A DNA stretch of 64,000 bases from Scyliorhinus canicula. Lineage: Eukaryota. This document shows, piece by piece, positions 25,187-36,292 of the stretch. Below the pieces are notes generated by a model. It was given only the letters and a program-made list of their open reading frames with translations. It was not told where the DNA came from and made no database searches. The position numbers and the translations under genes were made by a program. Positions within the stretch are counted from its first letter, which is position 1. Every line of letters starts with the position of its first letter. The stretch spans positions 155,668,671 to 155,732,670 of the forward strand of contig NC_052157.1 of the NCBI RefSeq assembly GCF_902713615.1, in the 5' to 3' direction.

Positions 25187-25443
25187 GGTGCATTTGAGTG
25201 CTATAGTGAGAGTTTGGTGACTGAGGGAGTCTTGAATTTGGGTACATTTGAGTGCTACAGTGAGAGTTTGGTGACTGAGGGAGTGCTGAATTTGGGTATA
25301 TTTGAGTGCTATAGTGAGAGTTTGGTGACTGAGGGAGTGCTGGGTTTGGGTACATTTGAGTGCTACAGTGAGAGTTTGGTGACTGAGGGAGTGCTGAACT
25401 TGGGTATATTTGAGTGCTATAGTGAGAGTTTGGTGACTGAGGA
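25187..25443 (+). repeat. 54-bp tandem monomers (~4.75 copies) at the CR1 5' end
   Basis: Units start at 25187, 25241, 25295, 25349, 25403. Confidence 0.9.
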
Positions 25444-25612
25444 AGTTAGGTGAGGAGGGAGTAAGGTGCTCCTTTCATTTCATTTCCTACATTTCCTCAA
25501 AGAGCGTGAAGGGAGCCCGGGGTTCACAGAGAGTGCGGCTGACTGGGAGGGAGTCGGAGGGCGGAGTTCCAGTTGGTCCATAGGGCAGCTATATTCTGTA
25601 AGGTAAGAGGGG

Positions 25613-26523
25613 ATGGAGGCTAGGGCAGTTGCATGCTCTTCCTAGTGGATGTGGGTGGTGAGGGATATCACCGGTGTCCCCGTTGACAATACCTGCGGGA
25701 AGTGCACCTTAGGGAACTGGAGCTGGAGCTGGATGAACTTCGGATCATCCGGGAGGCAGAGGGGGTAATAGAGACGAGTTACAAGGAGGTAGCCACACCC
25801 AAGGTACAGGATAAGAGTATCTGGGTTATAGACAGGAGAAGGAAAACGAATGGGCAGACAGTGCAGGGATCCCTTGTGGCCATTCCCCTTCAAAACAAGT
25901 ATACTGTTTTGGATGCAGTTGGGGGGGATGGCCTACCGAGGAAAGGCCCTAGTGGCCAGGTCTCTGGCACTGAGTCTGGCTCTGTGGCTCAGATGGGAAG
26001 GGGGGGAAATAGAAAAGCAATAGTGATAGGAGACTCAATGGTTAGGGGAATAGATAGGAGATTCTGTGGTCGCGAGCGAGAACCCCGGAAGGTATGTTGC
26101 CTCCCAGGTGCCAGGGCCAGTGATGTCTCGGATCGAGTCTACAGGATTCTTAAGGGGGAGGGGGAGCAACCAGAAGTTGTGGTGCACATAGGCACCAACG
26201 ACATAGCTAAGAAAAGGGATGAGGATCTAAAAAGTGATTTCAGGGACTTCGGTTGGAAGCTAAAGAGCAGGACAAGCAGAATAGTGATCTCAGGATTGCT
26301 ACCGGTGCCACATGCAAGTGAGGCAAGGAACAGAGAGAGAGTGCAGCTGAAAACGTGGCTTCAGGGCTGGTACAGGAGGGAAGGCTTCAGATATGTGGAT
26401 CATTGGGATATCTTCTGGGGAAGGTGGGACCTGTACATGAAGGACGGATTGCACCTAAACTGGAGGGGCACCAATATCCTGGGTGGGAGGTTTGCTACAG
26501 CTCTTCAGGAGGGTTTAAACTAG
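25613..26523 (+). pseudogene. CR1 ORF1 (zinc finger, coiled coil, SGNH esterase), disrupted near the N-terminus
   Basis: ATG 25613 MEARAVACSS* (in-frame stop); then IVIGDSMVR, VVVHIGTND, DGLHLN SGNH blocks in ORF 25702-26523. Confidence 0.85.
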
Positions 26524-27601
26524 TTTGACAGGGGATGGGAACCAGAGCTATGGATCAGAGGATAGGGTAGCTGTCGAACAGGCGAAATAGTATGCAGCGA
26601 GTCTGGGAGGAAGGATAGGCAGTTGTTAGGGCAACGTTGCACTCAGTGGAATGGGTTAAAATGTGTCTGTTTCAATGCAAAGAGTGTCAGGAATAAGGGA
26701 GATGAACTTAAAGCACGGATCAGTACTTGGAACTATGATGTTGTGGCCATTACGGAGACATGGATTTCACTGGGGCAGGAATGGTTGTTAGATGTTCTGG
26801 GGTTTAGATGTTTTCAGAAGAATAGGGAGGGAGGTAAAAGAGGAGGGGGAGTGGCACTGTTAATTAGGGAGTGCACCACAGCTGCAGAAAAGGAGGTAGT
26901 TGAGGAGGGTTTGTCCACTGAGTCAGTATGGGTGGAAGTCAGAAACAAGAAAGGAGCAATCACTTTATTGGGAGTTTTCTATAGGCCCTCCAAAAGCAGC
27001 AGAGAGAACGGATTGGGCGGCAGATCTTGGAAAAGTGCAGAAGTAACATGGGTGACTTCAACTTCCCTAATATTGACTGGAACCTCCTTAGTGCAAAGGT
27101 TTGGATGGAGCAGATTTTGTCAGGTGTGTACAGGAAGGATTCCTGACTTAATATGTAGATAGGCCGACTCGGGGGAGGCCATATTGGACTTGGTGCTCGT
27201 CAACAAACCAGGCCAGGTGTCAGATGTCTCGGTGGGAGAGCATTTCGGTGACAGTGACCACAATTCCTTGACCTTTACCATAGTCATGGAGAGGGATAGG
27301 AACACACAATATGGGAAGGTATTTATTTGGGGGAGGGAAAATTATACTGCTATTAGACAGGAGCTGAGGAGTAACAGCAATGTGGAGATTGTTTAAGGAG
27401 CACTTGCTGCGAGTGCTGAATAGTTTTGTCCCACTGAGACAAGGAAGGAATGGTAAGGTGAAGGAGCCTTGGATGACAAGAGAAGTGGAGCTTCTAGTCA
27501 AGAGGAAGAAGGAAGCTTATGTAAGGTTGAGGAAGCAAGGATCTGACTCGGCTCTGGAGGGTTACAAGGTAGCCAGGAAGGAACTCAAAAATGGACTAAG
27601 G

Positions 27602-28387
27602 CAGTGTTCTGCAAAGTCGGGGGCGCGACCCGTGGGTGGGTCATGGGTGGGTATCGGGAGGGTCGCGGAGCCGTTGTCTGTGGCGCTCCCGTTCGCGCAA
27701 ATCCCCGCGCAGCAGCCGGCTTTTCATAACGCCAGCTGCAAGCGGCCGCAAACATGTCAAAAAATATTTGGCAGCATTGTGCATGCACGCACAATGATCG
27801 GCGCGCATGCACATTCCGCGCACGATGATCGGCGCGCATGCACATTCCGCGCACGATGATCGGCGCGCATGCACATTCCGCGAACATAAAAAAAATTTGG
27901 CCGCAGTGCGCAATGATCGCCGTGCATGCGCAAACTGGGCACACGTGCGCAGTGCGGCTGCTATTTTTAAAAACGGTTGCAGTTTTTTGTTTACAAGTTC
28001 TGATGTGGTTTTTATTAATTTATTTTGTTCATTTAATTTTTATTTTTTTCATTTATTTTATTCATTTTTTTTTACAAGTTCGGGGGGGGGTTTATTTGAT
28101 AAAATTTTACAGGAAAAAAATTCAGAACTTTGGACAGACGGAGACTCCATACTTTCCGACACCAGAAGGCTTCACCTTCATCCAACAGGTTCCATTGGAG
28201 GAGCGTGTACGAGGGCCAAAGGGACCCAAAACCATTTCCTCCATTTTTGTCAGCAGCAAACAAGGTAAGAGAAAATGGTGAGTCGTTCAGGTCGGCCGGC
28301 GTGGGTCGCGAAGTTCGGCCAGGTTGGGTCCCGAAGGTTGGCCGGTTGGTAGAAATGGATCCCCGTAAAAAAGTTTGAAGAACACTG
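27602..28387. mobile_element. hAT (Charlie-type) MITE inserted into CR1 ORF2
   Basis: TIR CAGTGTTCTGCAAA / TTTGAAGAACACTG; perfect 8-bp TSD GACTAAGG (27594-27601, 28388-28395). Confidence 0.92.
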
Positions 28388-31362
28388 GACTAAGGAGAGC
28401 GAGAAGGGGGCATGAAAAAGCCTTGGCGGGAAGGATTAGGGAAAACCCCAAGGCGTTCTACACTTATGTGAGAAATAAGAGGATGATCAGAGTGAGAGTT
28501 GGGCCAATCAGGGATAGTGGAGGGAACGTGTGCCTAGAGTCTGAATAGATGGGGAGGCCCTAAATGAATATTTTGCTTCAGTATTCACGAGAGAGAGTGA
28601 CCTTGTTGCCCATGAGAACAGTGTGAACCAGGTTAATAGACTGAAACAGGTTGATATTAAGAAGGAGGATGTGCTGGAAATTTTGAAAAGCATCAGGATA
28701 GATAAGTCCCCTGGACCAGACGGGATATACCCAAGGTTACTACGGGAAGCGAGGCAGGGGATTGCTGCGCCGTTGGCGATGATGTTTGCGTCCTCACTCT
28801 CCACCGGAGTAGTACCGGATGATTGGAGGGAGGCGAATGTTGTTCCCCTATTCAAGAAAGTAAATAGGGAAATCCCTGGGAATTATAGACCCATCAGTCC
28901 TACGTCTGTGGTGAGCAAAATATTGGAAAGGATTCTGAGATATAGAATTTAGGATTATTTAGAAAAACATAGTTTGATTAAAGATATTCAGCATGGCTAT
29001 CCAATTCTTTGAGGATGTGATGAGACACATTGATAAAGGTCAGGCAGTGGATGTGGTGTATATGGATTTCAGTAAGGCATTTGATAAGGTTCCCCATGAT
29101 AGGCTCATTCAGAAAGTTAGGGGGCATGGGATACAGGGAAATTTGGCTGTCTGGATACAGAATTGGCTGGCCGAATGAAGACAGCGAGTGATAGTGGATG
29201 GAAAGTATTCCGCCTGGAGGTCGGTAACCAGTGGTGTCCCGCAGGGATCTGTTCTGGGACCTTTGCTCTTTGTGGTTTTTATAAATGACTTGGATGAGGA
29301 AGTGGAAGGGTGGATTAGTAAGTTTGCCGATGACAAGAAGTTTGGTTGAGTTGTAGATAGTATTGAGGGTTGTTGCAGGTTACAACAGGACATTGACAGG
29401 ATGCAGAGCTGGGCTGAGAAGTGGCAGATGGAGTTCAACCTTGATAAATGTGAAGTGATTCATTTTGAAAGGTCGAATTTGAATGCTGAATACAGGGTTA
29501 AAGGCAGGATTCTTGGAAGTGTGGAGGAACAGACGGATCTTGGGGTCCACGTACATAGATCCCTCAAAGTTGCCACCCAGGTTGATAGGGTTGTTAAGAA
29601 GGCGTATGGTGTGCTGGCTTTCATTAACAAGGGGATTGAGTTTAAGAGCTGCAAGGTTTTGCTGCAGCTTTATAAAACCCTAGTTAGACCACACTTGGAA
29701 TATTGTGTCCAGTTCTGGTCGCCTCATTATAGGAAGGATGTGGATGCTTTGGAGAGGGTACAGAGGAGATTTACCAGGATGCTGCCTGGACTGGAGGGCA
29801 TGTCTTATGAAGAAAGGTTGAGGGAGCTAGGGCTTTTCTCACTGGAGCGAAGAAGGCAGAGAGGTGACTTGATAGAGGTGTACAAGGTGATGAGAGGCTT
29901 GGATAGAGTGGATAGCCAGAGACTTTCCCCCAGGGTGGAAATGGCTGTCACAAGGGGACATAATTTTAAGGTGATTGGAGGAAGGTAGAGGTGTCAGAGG
30001 TAGGTTATTTACACAGAGAGTGGTGGGTGTGTGGAATGCACTACCAGCAGAGGTGGTGGAGTCAGAGTCATTAGGGACATTTAAGCGACCCTTAGACAGA
30101 CACATCGACAGCTGTAAATTGAAGGGGTGTAGGTTAGTTTGATCTTAGATTAGGATAAATGGTCGGCACAACAACATGGGCTGAAGGGCCTGTACTGTGC
30201 TGTACTGTTCTATGTTCCATGTTCTAACTCCCCAGGAACCTCCACAGTCCATTAGCCTGGAATGAAAAACACATTCCTTCGTCAATTTAATCTGCTGGCT
30301 GCTAATACTATCCAGGCTCTGCAAACAAAATTATTTTTAAACAATATATTCTAACCCCAGGCTTTTAACCCTTAGATCAAACACTACATTTGTAATCCAA
30401 TTTTCCAAACATCTTCCAATTGTCACATATGGAAAATGTTATAAGCTATCATTAAAGATGTTATAGCAGGACACTTAGAAACGTTTAATGCAATTAAACG
30501 AGTCAACATAGCTTTGTGAAAGGGAATCGTGTTTGCGCAAATTATGAAGTTCTTTGAAGGAGTCACATGTGCTGTGGGTAATGGGGAACTGGTGGATGTA
30601 CGGTACTTAGATTTCCAGAAGGTATTTGTTAAGGTGCCACATGAAAGTATAATGCGCAAAATAAAAGCTCTGGTGTAGGGGTATTGGTATGGATAGAAGA
30701 TTGGCTAGCTAACAGGAAACATGGGGTAGCCATAAATGGATCTTTTTTGATTGGCGGGATGTAACAAGTGGTGTGACAAAGGGGTCCTCAACTGTTGACA
30801 ATTTATATAAGGGACAGATGATATGGTTGCTAAATTTGCTGATGACACAAAGACGGGCAGGAAATAAGTTATGAAGAGGACATAAGGAGGCCACAAATTG
30901 AGACAGATAGGTTAAGTGAGTGGGCAAAGATCTGGGAAATGGAGTATAATGTGGTAAGATGTGAAATTGTCCACTTTGGCAGGGAGAATAAAAACGAAAC
31001 ACATTATCTAAATGGTGAGAGATTGCAGAGTTCCGAGATTGACGGATCTGGGTGTCCTAGTGCATGAATTGCAAAACGATAGTATGCAGGTACAACAAGT
31101 ACTTAGTAAAACTAATATAGAGTGTTATTGTTTATTGTGGGGGTAATTTATTACAAAGTTAGGGAGGTTAAACTTCAGTTGTACGGGGCACTGGCGAGAC
31201 TGCATCTGGAGTATTGTGCACAGTATTGGTCTCCTTATTTAAGGAAAGATGTAAATGTATTAGCAGTTCAGATGACAGGTTGACTTGTGAGGAAAGATTG
31301 AACAGGTTACAATTGTATTCACTGTAATTTAGAAGAATTAAGAGGCGACTTGGTTGAAGCCA

Positions 31363-31695
31363 TGGTGGTACAGTGGTTAGCACTGCTGCCTCACAGCACT
31401 AGAGACCCGGGTTAAATTGTTGCCTTGGGTGACCAACTGTGTGGAGTTTGCACTTTCTCCCCGTGTCTGTGTGGGTTTCCTTTGGGTGCTCTGGTTTCCT
31501 CTCACAGACCAAAGATGTGCAGGTCACGTGGATTGCTTATGCTAAATTGTGCCTTAGTGTCCAAAGATGTGCAAGTTCGGAGGGGTTACGAAGCTAAGGC
31601 AGGGGAAGTAGGCCTAGGTAAGGTGCCCTTTTAGAGGGTCAGTGCAGACACAATGGGCCGAATGGCCTCCTTCTGCACTGCAGGGATTCTATTAA
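31363..31695 (+). mobile_element. Diverged HE1-like SINE inside the old CR1
   Basis: GGTACAGTGGTTAGCACTGCTGCCTCACAGC head and GGGCCGAATGGCCTCCTTCTGCACTG tail. Confidence 0.75.
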
Positions 31696-31797
31696 TTCTA
31701 CAGAAGATCCTGAGGGGTGTTGACAGAGTGGACGTGGAGAGGATGTTTCCTCTTGTTGGAGAATCTAGAACTAGGGATCACTGTTTAAAAATAAGGA

Positions 31798-31992
31798 CCA
31801 TGATGTGGAGATGCCGGCGTTGGACTGGGGTGAGCACAGTAAGAAGTCTTACAACACCAGGTTAAAGTCCAACAGGTTGTTTCAAACACGAGCTTTCGGA
31901 GCACGGCACCTGAAGAAGGAGCCGTGCTCCGAAAGCTCGTGTTTGAAACAAACCTGTTGGACTTTAACCTGGTGTTGTAAGACTTCTTACTG
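31798..31992. mobile_element. Penelope-like fold-back insertion
   Basis: 12-bp TSD TAAAAATAAGGA (31786-31797, 31993-32004); near-perfect inverted repeat from ~31836 to 31993. Confidence 0.8.
31906..31942 (+). ncRNA. Minimal type I hammerhead ribozyme motif
   Basis: GCAC-CUGAAGA-A-GGAGC(CGU)GCUCC-GAA-AGCU-C-GUGU: core boxes, stem II, palindromic stem III, UC cleavage site, short stem I. Confidence 0.6.
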
Positions 31993-32362
31993 TAAAAATA
32001 AGGAGATGCTGTATAAGACAAAGATAAGGAGATATTTTTTCACTGGTAGGGTTTTGAGGCAGTGGAAGCAGAATCTTTGGATATTTTCAGGCAGAGGTGG
32101 ATAGATTCTTGATTAACAGGGAGGGGGTGAATGGTTTTCGGGGGCTGGCGGGAATGTGGGGGTAAGGTTGCAATCAGAGCAGCCGCAATCTTGTTGAATG
32201 GTAGAGCAGGGTTCGAGGGGCCGAGTGGCTCCTAATTGGTATCAAGGCTGGAAAAGTCCAGCAGGTCTGCTGGCATCACCAGGGAGAGAGAAGCAGAGTC
32301 GAGGTTCCGAGTCCCATTTGGCTCTTTGCCATGCTAGTTGGTACTGTTGTGCCACCCGCAAG

Positions 32363-32895
32363 GCTGCCCTGCCTGAGCTGCCCTGCCCACCCTGGGCTCC
32401 CCTGCCCACCCTACTTGGACTGCCCTGCCCACCCTGGGCTCCCCTGCCCACCCTACTTGGGCTGCCCTGCCCACCCTGGGCTCCCTGCCCACCCTACTTG
32501 GGCTGCCCTGCCTTGCCTGGGCTGCCCTGCCCACCCTACTTGGGCTGCCCTGCCCACCCTGGGCTCCCTGCCACCCTACTTGGGCTGCCCTGCCTTGCCT
32601 GGGCTCCCCTGCCCACCCTACTTGGGCTGCCCTGCCCACCCTGGGCTCCCCTGCCCACCCTACTTGGGCTGCCCTGCTTGGGCTGCCCTGCCCACCCTGG
32701 GCTCCCCTGCCCACCCTACTTGCGCTGCCCTGCCTTGCCTGGGCTGCCCTGCCCACCCTACCCTGCCTGACCTTCCCTGCCACCCTGCCCAGCCTAGGCT
32801 GCCCTGCCCGGGCTGTCCAGCCACCATGCCCTGCCTGTCCAGCTCACTATATCCTGCCCACCCTGCCCTGCCCTCCCGGGGCTGTCCAGCCCACT
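32363..32895. repeat. C-rich compound minisatellite upstream of the promoter
   Basis: Shuffled modules GCTGCCCTGCCCACCCT(ACTT)GG, GCTCCCCTG, GCCTTGCCTGG. Confidence 0.9.
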
Positions 32896-32899
32896 CAGT

Positions 32900-33640
32900 T
32901 GTTTCCCATGGAGACGCGGCCTGAGTGACGGTTGCTAGGGGGCTGACCAGCAGCGACGCCCCCATCGCAATACCGGCTCCTGAGGAAGGGGTGTACCCGA
33001 GCCGCCATTGGGCGATGGGAAGGGCAGACGCTGTATCTGATTGGTCCCCGCTGCCCTCCCCCCCACGTGGGCGCCGCCGCGCGAGGGGCGGGGCGGGCTT
33101 TCCGATTGGCTGTAACCCCGGGTGACAAACGGTTGCCTGCCGATTTGAAGCCCGGGGACCGAGTCCTGGCCGAGCAGCCGCGAGCGGCCGGTGACCGAGC
33201 GGAGCGGCCTTCCGCCCCGCGTCCACAGGCACACACACCCAGAGAGAGAGAGAGAATAATGTGAGGGAGGGGGAAAAAATAAACAGCTGAAAAGAGTGCG
33301 GGGGAGGTCCGAGCGGGGGGAATGTGCGCCGAGCCGCCGCCAGAGGCACCACCGCCGGTCAGGGGCTTCACTCTGCAGCCGCTGTAGGCCGCAGGCTTCC
33401 CTCACCCACCCGCTGCCCTGGCCAAAGTTGCTCCGTGCTGGAGGCCGCCGACAACAATAAAGCCGCAGTGACTCTGCTTGGGCAGGCAGGCAGCAGCAGC
33501 AGCATTATTGGGCTTGTTAAACCCGGCTCGGGGCGACCGCCTGTGAGTTCAGACGGATGTTTTACCCACTTGCTTCGGTTGTGTCTGATTTTATTTTATT
33601 TTGCCGGTGCGTCTTTTAATTGTCGGTCGAGATTTGGGGA
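32900..33640 (+). promoter_or_regulatory. TRIM37: CpG-island promoter of TRIM37
   Basis: Only non-repeat CpG-dense region; X-box-like GTTTCCCATGGAGAC 32901-32915; ATTGG at 33007, 33040, 33105; CACGTG 33064; GC box ~33085-33097; TTTGAA 33144. Confidence 0.75.
33160..33542 (+). other. TRIM37: Putative non-coding first exon of TRIM37 (start approximate)
   Basis: Donor GTGAGT at 33543 at the island's 3' edge; the ATG exon has its own acceptor at 42493. Confidence 0.55.
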
Positions 33641-34149
33641 AATCCTACTTTTAAAGTCTGGAATCAATTTGTAAAAGATGTATTTATTGAAAACGTTTTC
33701 ATTTATTGGGTCGCTTTTATGGGTTTGGCTTTGCACATGTGTGTGTGTGTGTGACACACACTGGAATTCTGCATCCATGTCCAGGAAAGGTCGTGTGCTG
33801 CAGAAGAAAAGTTCTATCTTTCAAGCTGTACATTGCCCCTGTCTGCATTGGGGTTCATCACATTAATTCAGGGGTCGGTGATTCCACTGTGGTGGAGCCA
33901 GTGTGATGTGCCAGGTCTGTGGGTTAGTCTTTGCCAAACGCAAAGAACAATACAGCACAGGAGCAGGCCCTTGGTGATACCACCCTTGGCCAAAATCCTA
34001 CTGTTTTATCCCTCTATACCCATCCTATCCCATGTGTTTGTCAAGGGCCAGGGGTCATCTGGACTTGACATTTCTTTTCTCTCCCTACAGATGCTGCCAG
34101 ACCTGCTGAGATTTTCCAGCATTTTCTTTTTGGTGTTTGTCAAGATGTC

Positions 34150-35180
34150 TTTTGAACGCCATTAATGTATCTGCTTCCACAACCTCCCCTGGCAATGCGT
34201 TCCAGGCGCTCTCCACCCCCTGTTTTTAAAAAAAACCAAACAAAAAAAACCTGCCCCTCACATCTCCTCTAAACTTTGCCCCATGGACCTTAAACCTATG
34301 CCCCCTGGTGACTGGCTGACACCTTCACCCTGCGAAAGAGTGCCTGCCCATCCACTGACCATCCCTCTTGTAATCTCGTAGCCCTCTATCAGGTTCTCCC
34401 TCAACCTCCGGTGTTCTGATAAAAACAGTCTGAGTCTATTCAGCCTTTCTGCATAGCTAACACCCTCCAGACCGGGAAATATCCTGGTAAACCTCCTCTG
34501 CACCATCTCCAAAATCTCCACATGGGTAAGCATTGTGATATGTCTGTGCCCCCTTCTGAGTGAGCTGCAGTTGGTGCCAGTCTGATGCTCTTCTTCTTTC
34601 TAGTGCATATGAACCTTTTTATTTTTGAAAGCTTGTTATTGAATCTGGTTTCCAACCCCCAGCATTGCATTCCAGATCTTTGTAATCTGCTGAGTAAATG
34701 TGTGACCTCCCACCCGGGTTTCTATTGTTCGCTACTCGGTGTGTCCTCTCCTTTCGTCACCCAAGTTCCAGTGAAAACTTAAAACGTCTCCATTTTGAAA
34801 ACTTGCATCAAACATCCCCCCCCCCCCCCCCCCCTCCAAAAAATCTCCTTGCTCTAATGATGACAGCCCAGCTTTTCTGCTCTCTCTGCATAATCAAAGA
34901 GTGTTATTGCAGGGTCTATTCTAATCCATCTCCCCTGCATCATCCCCTGAGGGCTTGACATCTTACCTCCTGTGGTGATGCAATACTTCAGCTGAGGCCT
35001 AACTAGTGATGGGTGTGTGTTCTTGCAAAATTGTATAATTTTGTTTATATTTCCTCTCCTCATTCATCCTTGCAGAATATACCACTTCATGCTACTCTGC
35101 GTTTAATTACATCTGCCATTTATCGGCCCACTTTATCAGTGAGTCCAAGTCGTCCTGAAGTCTGTATTTTCCTCCTCATT
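34150..35180 (-). mobile_element. CR1 fragments
   Basis: Minus ORFs LEMVQRRFTRIFPGLEG and LVRPQLKYC. Confidence 0.7.
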
Positions 35181-36292
35181 ATTTAATAATCTTTATTAGT
35201 GTCACAAGTAGGCTTACATTTACACTCCAGTGAAGTTACTGTGAAAAGCCCCTAGTCCCCACACTCTGGCGCCTGTCGGGTACACAAAGGGAGAATTCAG
35301 AATGTCCAATTCACCTGACAAGCATATCTTTCGGGACTTGTGGGAGGAAACTGGAGCACCCGGAGGAAACCCACGCAGACATTGCGAGAATGCACAGACT
35401 GTGACGCAACCTGAGACCCAGATGCTGTGAAGCAACAGTGCTAACCATTGTGCTACTGTGTCACCCTACGTTTTTGCCATTTACGAACGTCAAAAGTTTG
35501 CCCTCAAAACTTCTTCATGCCTTTTTATTTTTAACAAGATGAATTGTGGAACTAATGCTAACCCTTGAGGGATACCACTGTATACTTCCTGTGTGCCGCT
35601 ACTGTGTCTTTTAATCAACTTTGCATTATTGCTGCTCCTGCCCCTTAATTCCCTGGGCATCTATTTTTCTAACCAGTCCATTATGGCATTAGCAGCCTGC
35701 CTGCCGTTTTGCAAGATGGCACACACTGCCATGCTCTTTCATAATGATACCAGATAGCTTAGTTAGTAAAGACATTTAGCCAAACAGACCAGGGCTATGC
35801 CATGTTTGGTCACCGGTCTATGTTGAGTGAGTTTAGCTCAGCTGGAGCATTGATAGTGGTCTTGCTGATTTCAGATTAATGAAAAAAAATCCAGGGTTGC
35901 TCATATCCGGTGACTCCTGGGATAAGGGATCAATATCTGATTTGACTGAAATTGAATAGCTTGCGGACACAATTAAACTTCATTCTTAAATGTAAAGTAC
36001 TTGGGAGAGGCTACCTATTGAGCTGTATTCCAGAATAAACTGTTGAAAGCAAAGTCTAATAAATAAATAAGAAACTATTTCTCTCTATTGTCTTTTTTTC
36101 CAGACGGACCCAGGTTGGAAACAGAGCAGCTCAAAGGATCAGTGCCTCTTGGAAGTGGGATCGCACCTGTGATTAGATATAGCTGTTCAGCCTGACTAAT
36201 ACAGTGAATGATGGTCCTGCATATCAACTTGGATTTCACGGGCTGCCAATCATAGACAAGGTGCAAGCAATCTCGACACAGGTAGTGTAGTA

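Larger units (their letters stand above)
25186..30224 (+). mobile_element. Near-full-length CR1 LINE (5' tandem monomers, esterase-type ORF1, APE-RT ORF2), inactivated
   Basis: TSD TAACTC (25180-25185, 30225-30230); tail (TTCTATG)n; ORF2 motifs [65 protein letters not shown] with stops and frameshifts. Confidence 0.93.
21656..30427 (-). mobile_element. LTR-like element hosting several younger insertions
   Basis: TATTACAA...TTGTCACA termini, imperfect 4-bp TSD TGTG/TATG; host pieces at 21656-21760, 22290-22559, 24792-24910, 25088-25185, 30225-30427. Confidence 0.5.
20920..32240 (+). mobile_element. Old CR1 LINE ORF2, split by an ~8.8-kb nested block (21656-30427) and by later insertions
   Basis: RT motif ...RPVSLTS ends at ~21650 and continues GKML..IIKDVIAGHLE at ~30430; FADDTK at ~30835; 3' tail at ~32200. 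Confidence 0.75.

Noticed and set aside
25702-26523. Domesticated host esterase gene
   Set aside because: It is ORF1 of a TSD-bounded CR1 with an upstream in-frame stop and a broken ORF2.
32198-33405. Cys/Pro-rich and GC-rich ORFs
   Set aside because: Produced by the minisatellite and CpG island; no recognisable domain.
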